A DNA stretch of 64,000 nt from Lama glama (lineage: Eukaryota), in the NCBI GenBank assembly GCA_028534125.1, contig CM052817.1:15812001-15876000 (forward strand). Direction: 5' to 3'. The notes beneath the pieces were generated by a model. The model saw only the letters and a program-made list of their open reading frames with translations, was not told the origin of the DNA and did not search any database. Of this stretch, positions 27,601 through 39,279 are shown piece after piece. The first letter of the stretch is position 1; the number at the start of each line of letters is the position of its first letter. Both the position numbers and the translations under genes were made by a program.

Positions 27601-28890
27601 TTCCTGATTTGTGACTCTCCAAGATGAACATCGAACTGATTTATACCCAGACTTTGGAATTTTGTGGTAGACTACAAATGCAAAGATAAGTACAACATAA
27701 ATTTTTAAAATACTCCATAAGTCTCCATGAGTTTCAACATTCTTCAATGTTCTCACGTTACAGCCAATTATCTCCCCACTTAAATGGCTATTATTTTCTT
27801 ACTTGAAGTCTATGTTCTCCTTAAGTGTCATTACCGAGTGTGGCAAAAAATCTGGTGGTGGGCCGTAAATTTAATTTAAATGACAAACATTTATTGATTG
27901 CAAATCGGAAATTCCAGAAATCTTCAAGCAGTGATGATTGTAAATTAATTCGGTCTCCCCGCCTAACAAAGGAGAATTTATTCTCCTGATGATTAAATTA
28001 AGGTGAGGTTGTTTTGACATGCATTTTCTTCTCTGTTTGTTTTGTGAAAATTCCAAGAGGTTTGCCATTCATAGAAAAGTCTGCCTGACCACGGGCACAG
28101 TCTGAAGCAGGAATTCATGACCATGGAAGGCTACAGAATTTCCTCCAAGGAGACAAGTGAGCAAAAGCAGACACCATGTAAATCTGCGGATGGGGTTAAA
28201 TATGTTCTGCCCCTGAGGCAGCAGGGAGATGGAGAGCCCCTCCGTAAAATGACTCACAAGTCCAAGAAAGTCCTCCTTAAGGTGGGCAGAAACTTCAGCG
28301 GGGGGAGAGAGCGCCATGCGGCTCTGATTCTCTTTGGAGTATTTTTGACTTTGCATGCTTTGCCGCCTCCCTCTCTAACCTAACTCATATTTATCAGGGC
28401 TCATGGAATTTTCCTCCAAGGCGCTTCGAGTTTTGTTCCCTGGATGCCATCCCCTCTGCTGTCACCTTGTCCCTTCCCTGCACCTGCATCGCATGGGGTT
28501 TGGAAGGCAGCAGAGCCTGCTGTCAGATTTCCTCTACTTCCTGCTTGTCCTGAGCTCTTAACGACTATCAGAAGGATCTCTCTTAAATACCAGCTCCATC
28601 AGATTGCCCTCCTGCTAAAAATCCCCAGTGCTACCCTAATTGCTATTGTGGGAACTCTGAACACTTCCAACCTGGTTCTCACGGTTTGCTATAATTTTGG
28701 ACCCACCCTAAATCCAAACATACTTCCCTTACTCCTACATCGCCATTAATATATATTGTACTTTGAGTAAGCCAAGCTCCTCCACTTCATTCTCCCTCTG
28801 TGAAAGCACTTCACTCTTATTCTCTTATCAGCCTTGGCGACATTTACATGTATATGTGCATACACACAGTCCTGCAATATTTGCCAATTG

Positions 28891-28892
<2 letters not shown>

Positions 28893-28928
<36 letters not shown>
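28893..28928. repeat. (TA)n microsatellite
   Basis: Seen directly in the sequence. Confidence 0.95.
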
Positions 28929-28932
<4 letters not shown>

Positions 28933-30681
28933 CCTATGTTTATAAATATACCTGTGCACATATACATGAATATATACAGTCTTCCATTGTTCTCCAGTTG
29001 CTGAAATATATGAACATATACATATATATGTATATTTGTATACGCAGTCTTCCATTATTTGCTAATTGTTTTTCATTTCACCATTTGCTCTCCTAAACAA
29101 GATTAAAAGTTCTTTAGGAAATAGGTCTTCTGCACTTTATATGTAATCTTCACATGACCTAATGCAGTTTGCACCATCAATAAATATGTGGTGGTCAACT
29201 CACCCGTTAGGTTGCAATTATGTATTGAGTAGGTATTTTCCCCTGTTTTCTAAGGAAACATCTAGAAAAATTTCAGTGAACAAGACAAGCTGGTTCCCTA
29301 ATCCCAAAATGCTCAGTCTTTTGAATAGCCAAGATTCGGTTTTTTTAACTTTTTCATAAGTATATACTATATGCCCATTTTAGGAAAAAAAATAGAATAT
29401 AACTGAAAGTCAAAGGGAAAAATGTAAAATCATCTATATTCCCACCAGAATGATCAAATACTCTCGAAAGCTCCCGCCCGGCATTCCCTTGGTGGTCGAG
29501 AACAGGACACCTTACAGACAGGTAACAGGAAACCACCCTTCTTCTTTCGCAAAAGTTTGCAGTATCAGACCTTCCTGAGAGTTCCAGCAACTACCCGACG
29601 TGACAGCTGGCCGCAGTTGTGAGCCCTTCTCTCCCCATTAGCAAAGGCAGGCTTCAGAACGTATTATGAATAATGACCTAGAGACAACTACATTCTCACT
29701 CACCGTGTTCTAAAGAACCCCAAGTAGCTGCATGCAGAAGTCACAGACCAATGAATGAAAGATGCCCATTCAGTGGAATCAAGGAGGCACTAAAGCAGAG
29801 GTTAAAATAAAGCAGAGACAAGGTGGCCCACAGGGTCCCAGCAGAGTCCATGTGCTATTTAACCGAGCCCCCTGCCACCCAACTTTACATGCTGCCGTGC
29901 TGTAAAAGTAGCTCTTTATTCTCCTCTTTCAAACAATGCACAAAGCAACAGAGAGAAGGAAGTTGTGTTGCAATATTCTGAAACATAAATCTTGCTACCA
30001 GCCGGTCCAAGGACAGCATCCTGTTTTCCTGACACATGGCTCGGATTCACTGGAAGCTGTACCTATAGGCCTCGTGTCCTGTTTTGCTAAGTGGCTTCTG
30101 AATCATACCTGGTCACCTGCATTTACACATCCAAACACAGGTTGTGCAAGCAAAGATCGCTGTTTGCGTGCCCAGTTACACAACCGGCATGTACAACTGC
30201 TCCCACTCAGGGAGACACCGGTTCCCAAATTGTGACATTCAATCTCATCCTTTCTTCTTCTTAAGTTTAATAAAAATTAAACTTAGATTCCAATGTGTGG
30301 AAGAGGCCACAGGAAGAAATTTCTACTTATTCCCAGCATCTCAACATTCTGCAATCCTATCTGTAACTCTAAATACCCCTTTCTTCCTGCTTTGATTAGA
30401 ATTCAGAAATCCTGTGGCCAGTTTCCAGTGGTGTCATCAATGTGCTCCTTAACTCAGGGAAAAGGGTTTAACTCCTCGGTGCCTTATTTTATTCTGGGAA
30501 CCGGAGGGAGATAATGCTTGTTATTGGCAGATCAGAGGTGGCAGAGACCGTGACTGTTGGGCTTGCTCAAGTACAAGGCCTTCGCAAATGTGATGAGGCA
30601 GGGCTTTGAGAACTGGAAGAAAGTGAGGGAACACAGGTGAAAGTCCGCTGTGAGAGGTTTAAAGTCACAGGCACTGGGAAA

Positions 30682-30684
<3 letters not shown>

Positions 30685-30717
<33 letters not shown>
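30685..30717. repeat. poly(A) tract, ~33 nt
   Basis: Seen directly in the sequence. Confidence 0.95.
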
Positions 30718-30718
<1 letters not shown>

Positions 30719-31258
30719 CCTTCCGGAAAAGGCAGCTTTGGTAGGAGCAAAAAGCTGTCGCCATTCAAGGGTTATTCTGGTGCATACGGAGCTTTCACAG
30801 GGGAAGAGGGGAAGACACAATTTTAGAATTCCACCTATGCTCAAAACACACTTTTTTTTTCCCTGTTAGAGAAAAGATGTCTGAGTTTAACGCTGGAGGC
30901 CACAGGGCAGCGGCAGCCCTGCTGTATGCAAATGCTGAGAAAGCTCTCTGCTGCCGTGTGTACGACGAGAATTGCCACATACGGCCTCACCCTTTGCATA
31001 GACAAAGAGGAATAGGTTTGGTGACATCAGAGAAAACTGTCATGGGGATTTATCTACACAGTCACTTTTGCTCTCCACCCCTGAGAGAATTCCAGACGTA
31101 TCAGTCCCGAGACCCTGGCCATCTCGATAATTTTACACCACAGCTTCTAATTCTTCATATCCTGTATCCTAACTCTATGCTCTCTCTCGGGAATCTGACC
31201 AATGCATCTTTAGTGTTTTCTAAAAAGGAATTTCAGTGACTTTTTTTTTTTAAAAAAA

Positions 31259-31478
31259 CAAGGTTTCTTCACTTCAGCCCTGTTATCATTTGGGGCCAAA
31301 TAATCCGTTGTTGTGGGGAGCTGTCCTGTGCAATGTAGGATTTTTAGCAGCATCTCTGGTCTCCACCCACTAAATGCCAGGAGCATCTCCCAGCCCCGAG
31401 TCCTAACAATTAAATATACCTCCAGACGGCGCTGAGCGTCCCCGGGCAGGCAAAACTGCCTTCGGTTGAGAACCTCTG
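31259..31478. mobile_element. MER20 (hAT-Charlie) DNA transposon
   Basis: TTTGGGGCCAAATAATCCGTTGTTGTGGGG..CTGTCCTGTGCAATGTAGGATTTTTAGCAGCATC..GGTTGAGAACCTCTG matches MER20. Confidence 0.85.
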
Positions 31479-32334
31479 GTTTAAAGACCTAGTGAGAGAT
31501 TGAATGACATAAACCTTGTGTTTTAGAGTGTTGCAAACAATTCTGTCAGGGGTAGAAAGTTACATTAGAAAACAAAAGGGGGTGTCTTTCTGTAGCCTAG
31601 GCACCTAGAGATACCTAACTAGTTGCTGGACTAAGTCTCCCGAAGGTGTAAATGAGAAGTACCTCAGGCAGGTGCCACAACACGAAATATGGGGACATAA
31701 GGACACGGAAAAAGTTGTATTTTTTGCACCCAGCCCGCCAGGGAGGCACTGACTGCCATGCCACCCCTGCCCCCACCTTTTAGTTATTCCTTAACCATCT
31801 TCTACAAAATACATGGCACTCACCCAATACGAAATAGCCGATTTTGAGATTTTTAGATAAGAGGTCTATAGAGATGGACATTTTTTTCAAGTACTGTTTA
31901 TTTAATGCAGCATGACTTAAAGTGGGCCTGTAACCTGACAAGTGTACTGAATGAGGAATGTTCAATTTACCAGTTTGAACCAGCCAAGTCCTCGCATGAA
32001 CTTTCCAGGACCCGGCTGAGAAGCCTGGGAAAGTATAACTAACCACAAACCCTCAGTGTTTCCTGCACCTGATTCCTCCTCCCCAGCCTTAACTCCATTA
32101 CCTTAAGCACTCTTCTAAGACCCGCTTAATGCTCCAGACGTATTATAAATCCTGGCCGTCGACGGAGCCCAGAGCCACCTCGGTTCACCAGCTATATACC
32201 TGCTCCCATGTCAAGCAACACTGAAAGAAAAGATTCTGTTCTATTTTTAAATATATTGAGCAAAGAAGCAGCTTGATATGTCTTTGTAAAGGATGGCTGT
32301 CACCCAAATTCAGCGTTATTCTATTTTTATCAAT

Positions 32335-32575
32335 GATAATAGACTGTGAAGTCAGATAACTTTGGGGTTCAAAGCCCTCATCTTTATCAACTGTGTGATT
32401 TTGGGAAAATCACTTAGCCTCTCTGAGACTCATTGTCTGCATATGTAAAATGGGAATAATAAGAATAGTACTTAAACTACAGGTTGCTTTGAGGGATGAG
32501 TGCAGTGGCATCCGTAAAGCCAAGAGTGTCCCAAAATGTTGGCCATTCTCTTATTATTATTACTGTTACGAACAC
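32335..32575 (+). mobile_element. MIR SINE
   Basis: CTGTGTGATTTTGGGAAAATCACTTAGCCTCTCTGAGACTCA..TGTAAAATGGGAATAATAAGAATAGTAC. Confidence 0.8.
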
Positions 32576-32629
32576 ACTATATCCATCGTTCACTCATTAT
32601 TCAAGAAGCACTTACTCCACACCTTCTGT

Positions 32630-32765
32630 GTGCTGGAAAAACTCAGTAAATACTGTAAAATTGGTTTTCTTAATGACTCAATAAACATTTATTCAGTGCC
32701 TTTTATGTGCCGGGTGCTGGAAAAACTCAATAAATATTGTAAAATTGGCTTTCTTAATGACTCAA
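32630..32765. repeat. Local duplication of a 52-bp unit (32630-32681 and 32714-32765)
   Basis: GTGCTGGAAAAACTCARTAAATAYTGTAAAATTGGYTTTCTTAATGACTCAA occurs twice with 3 mismatches. Confidence 0.9.
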
Positions 32766-33658
32766 GATTTCAACCAAATAACACTGAAGTATAAGAAATG
32801 TCTCTGCTGGTGGATAAAAAACACATTTAAAGTGCTTTGTATGGACCCTGGCACATGGTAGGTAGAAAATGTTAGACGGTGATGGAGGGGCTGGTGGTTG
32901 TTGTATTGAAAACAAGTTGATTGGACAATCGTTATTCAGTTCACTTGCCAGAGGACCCTCTTAATGTCTGTCCCATAGGAAACTATTTATCTTCAAGTAA
33001 ATGAGAACTGATCTTGTGAGAAAGAACTTCTTTTCTCAAAGTAACCCTTTAGCAGGTGCAGATTAACATTCTTTCTTATAGGGTAGGCTTATGATGAAGA
33101 GTCTAGAGTCTGGGAGGGAATTCTCACTACTGAAAGGTAAATTAATTTTGACTCACTTGTAAGTAACTATTAGAGTAGCTGGGTTTCGAAGGTTCCATGG
33201 CATAGAGAAATCAGAGTTATAATCAAAAATACAACCGTAATAATACGAGTTGCTCACCTACTTCACAAGATAGACCTTGGTTAAACAGACATGCATTCTT
33301 TTATATTTTATATGAATTTACATGAGGTGTCATTTTCTGTGGGAAACAGACAGGAATAAAGAGGTTTAGACACGTGTTCTTCTTTGTCACTCATTCTTCC
33401 ATAGTCCCTTAGTCTTTCAACAGAGTTTGGTGCACTCTATTGTGGGTCCTTAGGGCCTTGGTTCTCAAAAATAAATAAATAAAAGGTCCATTTGTTTTCC
33501 AAATGTTATTTTTCCACGAAATAGGAAGTGCCTAAGTCTGGGAAAAAGTGTTTTGGTGACAGCAAAGTAAGAACTCGTTATGCTTCCAGGCCAAGGATGT
33601 TAGTGTGGCCCAAGTCACGTTCAACGAGAAGTGAATTTTCACCAAGGGTTGTCCTTAC

Positions 33659-33838
33659 CTCAAATATGTTTGAAGGCTCATTGTTGTACTGATTGGATAT
33701 GATTTCTGATTGGTCACTGCACCACTTGAGTCCACCCAGAAAGCTGTCTGTATCCAAGTCGTTCACGTCTAGTTCAGAAAGGTCAAGTTCAGGAAGATCT
33801 GGGCAAAGAGGCTGGTCTTCACCAACCAGAGCAGCACA
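33659..33838 (-). CDS. PPARGC1A: PGC-1alpha coding exon 2 (CAALVGEDQPLCPDLPELDLSELDVNDLDTDSFLGGLKWCSDQSEIISNQYNNEPSNIFE), acidic activation domain
   Basis: 180-nt phase-0 exon with a pyrimidine tract + CAG acceptor (33841-33839) and GAG|GTAAGG donor. Translation matches PGC-1alpha and overlaps ORF 33578..33766. Confidence 0.97.
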
Positions 33839-36800
33839 CTGCAGGAGGCAGGAGGGGGGGAAAAGGCTTTCATTAACTGCAGGAATTTATTAAACTGCAA
33901 TAGCATGTGATAGGAATTAAGCCTGGTTAATTCAACGACACCACCAAAGCTGGTTTCCAGGGTTTTAGTCACCAGAAAAAACACCCTAAATTCTTTAACT
34001 CACTTTGCTCCCAAAGGGTACTTTGCCCGAACCATTCCATCCAAAATTCTACCTCTAAATCCCTAGTCAATGTTACGCTTCCATGAAGCCTTCTCGGATT
34101 CACCCGGTTAGAAATCAACTAGATTTGCTTGCACCTCTTTGATAGTTAACACTTTACCAAGTTTCAAATTGTTTTCTGATTAACAAATGCAAAATTTCAC
34201 TCTATCCTCAGAGTATAACTCCTTTGAGAGACGGACACAAATTTGATTTCACCTTGGAATTGTCATCACACATAATAAAGACAAAATAAATGATTACTAA
34301 ATGAGAAATAGGATATAAGAACTATACTAGGAAAACTTTCTCCACTCATTCTCCCTTTAACCATTATAATCTGTGTAATTCACTTAGCAACTAATGATGC
34401 AAAGTCCTTTAACTTGTCTATGGTTCTGTTGAATTGTTATTTAAATCTTTTTTCATGAGCCTCTGAACTTCATTTCAAACAGGTCAAAAGCAAGACCCTT
34501 GAGAGGAAGAACAAAAATCTTTTTTTTATGCCCTTTGTATTTTTCACTATGTGTAACTTGCAAGTCTTGTGTGTTGGTGTGTGGGTGTGTGTATGTATGT
34601 AAATGACTGGCATCATCTGACGTCTGAAAAGAAAAACCAGTAGGGCACACCACAACTACGTTTTTGTTCATCATTTATATATGCCTCAACTGTGCTCTAA
34701 GTGAGTTCACAAAAACTATCTTTTTTCCCCTTTGGAGTTTAAAAAATGATTTCAATATATTTGAGAGGCTAAAAATATCCTTGATGGTGACTGGACTGCT
34801 TGTCACCTTCTTGCCTAGAGTAGGTGGTCTTTTAACTGTTCCACACTGTGGCTTTTTTAAGGAAAGTGGACCCCCTTCCCAATGAGGTGGATTTCTAACC
34901 TCAGACCAGCTATCTGACTGCTGATTCATCACTGCAAACTGTGAAGAACCCTGCGGAAACTTCCGATTGCAGGGGTCTGATGATGCCAGAGCCCCAGGGA
35001 CTTCGTCCACCTGCGAGCTCAGGGGTCTAAATCGGCAGGTGCACACTCTGAGGTGATGTTCTCTTGGCCCTCCCTTCCAAGGTCGGGATTGCTGCTGGGG
35101 ACTTGTTCACATCCAGGCAGCAGCGGGGCCTGAAGCTGAAGATGCTGCTTGACATTTAGATTTTGAATAAAATAAGTTTTATGCGGATTTTTTTTTTCAG
35201 GCACCCCTGTCATCCCTGGCAGGCTACATTACACGGGTCATATGCAGCAGTGTGATCATCAGCGCCACGCTGAGAAGTAGGTACTGGGTAATGGAGTCAG
35301 CAGTTGGTAAGGGGAGGCTGGGAAGAGCCTGAAAATTCCTGCAGTTCCTCCCTAAGACCACGGGGCCCCATTGGGATCCCAGGTTGCAGGCACAGAGGTA
35401 CTGCAGAGACAGGGCCATCTCCTTCCTTATCATTGTATTGGACTTTCCTTTTTAATTATCGGAGTTAGCCTAAAGTTACAGAAGGGTATACTCGACAAGG
35501 TTTCTAAGGAAGTGGAGGCTGGGCTGAAGGGACCTCGTCTGGTCCAATGTTCGTGTTTTGTTGTGGGTGTAACACTTCCCAGCCTCCGCACTTGCCCACT
35601 GCTTGTCCTCCAATCACAAACGCACAGCGTTAACTCCTCCACTGCAAAAGACGAGGTGACTCAGAGACCAGGCGCTAACTTTTTCAGTGGTGCAAAAACC
35701 ACTAGGATTGGGGGGACAGTCCTTAAAATACAAAGCACAAGCAACAGGAACAGCAACAAAAATTAAAAATAAGTTAGAAGACGTAGGATCTCTATGTCTG
35801 GCTTAAACTCCTCGGGTGGAGAACCTAGTTTAGAGCCCGTGTCCTGGAATGCTGAGAGCACCCTACCGATTGGTGAGCGGCTTCTGTCTCTGTAACAACC
35901 CTCTCGGGCATGGCTTCTTCAAAACCCTTCAACCTTTCAGAAAGATGTATTTTTCAGTAACTTTTGAAAACCACTGAAAAGATCAGATCCATTTCGTGTA
36001 TTCCACTCTGCTGTAATTCACAGATTTCTTTCCTTTCCTTTGCTCTCACTCTGTCTCTCTCATTTTTGCTTTTATGTTATAGTTGAAAAATGTGCCTTTG
36101 CTCCTGCCAATGTTGACGTGCTAATAAAATCAGGGCTTCTGAATGTGGCATTATCCTGATAATCTAAAACACATTAGTGGTAGCAAATGTTCCTGTTATT
36201 AATTTATATTTGGCCTTTGGATGATGCCAGACTTAACCGTCCAAGCCCTGTAACTGTCCTCAGCTGACATCTTGATATTTACTGTTTCCCTATACATCTG
36301 TAACAGGTGTGCTTTATTGCAATTACAGAGACACATTCTACTGCTTCTTTGCAACTATGACAGCTCTTTCGCCACCACAGCCTTAATTTTATAATAAGAT
36401 TTAAGAGGATAAAGCAGTCACTAAACACAAAAGGCTAATTATTGTACGTTATTTCACCCCAACAGATTTTTCTCTTAGTTAAGGAGCCGACAATAAATTA
36501 GCTTCACTGCACGGATGATAATGAATCATTATAATTAAGTATAATTCTCCATTAACCTTTTGGAGGTTTTTGTGCCATTGATGGTAAATTTTAAAGAGAG
36601 AGAGAAGAAAGAGTGGACTTGGCCACATTCATTACATCAATGAAGAAAAGAATCTTACTTCTTAAAAAAAAATTAGTCAAGACAGGGTTAGGGGGTAGGG
36701 CGGGGGTCAGTAAAGAGTGACAGTCTTAGTGGAGTTTGTGTCATGTGAACTGCCTATCAATCTTAGTAACTTTACTGGACACCACCTTCATTAAACTGAA

Positions 36801-38785
36801 GCACTGTGGACTCTGAGTAGCCATAGGGATACAGGCCTTTATTAACCAATGTGCTGTCCTGTCATTATGTGCAAAAGGGCAGAATACGTTTTAGGATGAC
36901 AGCAAACATTAATGATTCAAAAAATGAAAGCAGCCTGCGCTACCTGCTGCTCGTAATATTTTAGCCTGGCGGAGGTGATTCCCAGGGCTGCCACCGGGAA
37001 GGCAGGGCTGCTAGCAGTTTGCTGCCTCCGGTGCAACAGAGAAGCGACTGGCCGGTCTCAGCCGGCCGGACAACTCAATCCACGGCTGGACAATTAGCCC
37101 GAGACCTCACCTCCTGAAGAGCAAAATTAAAGAGTCACTGTTCTCAACGCTTCTGATGCATATTTGAAAATGACTGCAGGAACTCCTATGATTAAAATAA
37201 ATCTGCCATATTTCCATAGGATCTAGTTCCTCAATCAACTCCTAGCGGCATCAGGAATAATACATGATGGAAAAATGAAACTACAGCAGCTGAGCCCCAC
37301 AGCCCCAGCCAGGCAAGCGACCCACAGGACACTCCAGCTCCTCGAAGACAATGAGGACTTTGAAGCCACTTGGAACCCTGACTCATAATAGCTGCAGGCC
37401 ATATGAATTATCCATATCTAGTCCCCCTTACCGAGAAATCACAAGAAGATAAGAACAATTACAATCCGCAAAGAGGCATCTGCCAAGGCGAGAGAGGGTA
37501 AACGGAGCCAGCATTTGCAGACCCAGCGAAGAGTTAAGAATCCAGGGCATGCCTCGCTAGATAGGAAAAATGCACTCGCCGACGGCCTCGGCCAAATCAT
37601 TTTCACTTTAGATGTGTATCGCCGCACCACATGGACATCTTATTTAATCAAATCACGTGTAGCCCTTGATCCTCCCCTTACCCTACGTGCCCCCAGCTTC
37701 CCAGAGGACGCACTCCCAGCCCTGTGCCAGATTCATTGTTAGCCGCCCAGATCCTCCCTGCAACTCAATTCGGGTCCATCTCACCAGAGTCCACAGAAAG
37801 TTTCGCTTGTTTCCCAAGTTGGCCAAACTTTCTGAGAACATTCCATTGTGTTGAATGCAAACACGCCGCGGTCCTCCGTCCCCCCCCACCGCTAGTCACT
37901 CTAGACTCCAGAGATTACGAGGAAACCGGCTCGCTTTTTTTCCTCCTGTATGAACTGTAGCCAGCAGAGGCTGGAATTGATGTATTGCCGTCTATTTTTG
38001 CACAAGCAGCGAGCAGCTCCACACACCGTCCTGCATAAACTCTATTCTCTCTCCGGCTTCAGGCAGCTCTCCGTGGTACAGAGAGATTTAACCATTGGCT
38101 TCCCTGCCACCGAGGCGAATGGAAAACCTCGCACTGTAAGGCATATATATATATATATATTTTTTTTTTTTATCTGCCGGCCAAAGCTTTCAACCACATA
38201 CAGGAGTTTTAAAGGAATCAGCTTTGTTGTTTTTTGTTCTGTGGGAAAAGCAATCTAAAATAGCCCAGCAGGATTATTTAGGATTTTGTGAGTTCTCTGT
38301 CTGATGAACGGAGAGAGTAGAAAAAAAAAATCCAGACTAGAGTCAAAACTGACTATATCTGAGCACATCCATTTTAATATTCTTATCTTTATCTTATTAT
38401 AAATAGAAATGGCATTTTTCCAACCAGGCCACTAAACACCACTGGAAAGACTTTAGCCTCTGATTCATATCAATATCTTGGAGCATAAATATTGCATATG
38501 AGTAGAAACAGAGCCAAAGGCACATGGAAAGAGTTTCTAACTGCAACAGATACTGATGACAGCAGCTAAGCTTTGATTTGCTCAAGGTATCTCAGAGCCA
38601 CCTTAAAATAGCAAACTTATTGGAGTTGAGATAAGATAGAGATTCCCTTCCAAAAGCTGCTGCCCGGGCTACTTTTCTGCCTCCTCTCCTCGCCCAAGCC
38701 CAAGCCCTTCCCCCCTTACAGGAATAATTGCATCGCGAGGGAAGCTTCGGTCCTGGCTGCAGTGCCGAGCCCAGCCCCGGCTCAC
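33839..38785 (-). other. PPARGC1A: PPARGC1A intron 1 (~4.9 kb)
   Basis: GT...AG boundaries between exon 1a and exon 2. Confidence 0.9.
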
Positions 38786-38833
38786 CTCGATGTCACTCCA
38801 TACAGAGTCCTGGTTGCACATGTCCCACGCCAT
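38786..38833 (-). CDS. PPARGC1A: PGC-1alpha coding exon 1a (MAWDMCNQDSVWSDIE)
   Basis: Reverse complement reads ATG GCG TGG GAC ATG TGC AAC CAG GAC TCT GTA TGG AGT GAC ATC GAG, then a GTGAG donor (38785-38781). This is the recognised PGC-1alpha N-terminus; 48 nt, phase 0. Confidence 0.97.
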
Positions 38834-38953
38834 CCAGCTCCTGAATGACGCCAGTCAAGCTGTTTCAACTCCAATCCACAGTGACACAGAGCACACACTC
38901 ATGCAGGCAACCAGCCCCTTACTGAGAGTGAACTGAAGGCACCTGTCTTACTA
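38834..38953 (-). other. PPARGC1A: Exon 1a 5'UTR (approximate TSS ~38953)
   Basis: Begins TAGTAAGACAGGTGCCTTCAGTTCACTCTC, as in the recalled mammalian mRNA 5' end; TATA-like tract ~25-35 nt upstream. Confidence 0.7.
38855..38902 (-). CDS. Upstream ORF in the PPARGC1A 5'UTR (MSVCSVSLWIGVETA*)
   Basis: ATG AGT GTG TGC TCT GTG TCA CTG TGG ATT GGA GTT GAA ACA GCT TGA, stopping 21 nt before the main ATG. A conserved repressive uORF is known for this gene. Confidence 0.85.
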   Translation of the reverse strand: MSVCSVSLWIGVETA

Positions 38954-38962
38954 CAGTCCCCA

Positions 38963-38972
38963 GTCACATGAC
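38963..38972. promoter_or_regulatory. CLEAR/M-box-like E-box (GTCACATGAC)
   Basis: One mismatch to GTCACGTGAC; MiT/TFE (TFEB/MITF) and USF-type site next to the TSS. Confidence 0.6.
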
Positions 38973-38976
38973 AAAG

Positions 38977-38990
38977 CTATTAAAAAGTAG
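38977..38990 (-). promoter_or_regulatory. TATA-like AT tract of the canonical promoter
   Basis: CTACTTTTTAATAG on the sense strand, ~25-35 nt upstream of the TSS. Confidence 0.55.
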
Positions 38991-39047
38991 GCTGGGCTGT
39001 CACTCACCCAGCCTCCCTTCTCCTGTGCTGCCTGCTGCTGAAACTCG

Positions 39048-39055
39048 TGACGTCA
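39048..39055. promoter_or_regulatory. Canonical CRE (TGACGTCA) of the proximal promoter
   Basis: Perfect palindrome ~100 nt upstream of the TSS; known CREB/ATF2 site of this promoter. Confidence 0.9.
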
Positions 39056-39272
39056 CTCAAAGGCAGCCCTCTGCCTCAGTGAAGTAACGCTTAAAAAAAA
39101 AAAGAAAAAAAAACAGAAAGAGGAAAGAAAGAAAGGAAACACTTGGACTTTTGGAGGCTTCGAGCATCATGCTGTGACTAAAGCCAGCTTTGAATGCCAC
39201 TGACTCTAAACGGAGCCCTGGCCATATAATAACTAAAATCCCCTGCAATCTTTTTTTAATTTATTTTCCTTC

Positions 39273-39279
39273 CAAAACA
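39273..39279 (-). promoter_or_regulatory. FOXO/insulin response sequence (TGTTTTG)
   Basis: Within the promoter context GCCACTTGCTTGTTTTGGAAG, matching the IRS-type motifs described for this promoter. Confidence 0.5.

Larger units (their letters stand above)
1..33658 (-). other. PPARGC1A: PPARGC1A intron 2 (partial, continues beyond window start)
   Basis: GTAAGG donor after exon 2; I recognised no exon-3 sequence. Intron 2 is known to be large in mammals. Confidence 0.8.

Noticed and set aside
28746..29096. Overlapping ORFs with YIYIYI runs
   Set aside because: Artefact of the (TA)n microsatellite.
32630..32765. CRISPR-like repeat-spacer-repeat
   Set aside because: Only two imperfect copies in eukaryotic intronic DNA with no cas genes; a simple local duplication.
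33578..33658. Read-through of the exon 2 ORF (VRTTLGENSLL...)
   Set aside because: Lies past a strong GAG|GTAAGG donor, so it is intronic; no evidence of an alternative terminal exon.
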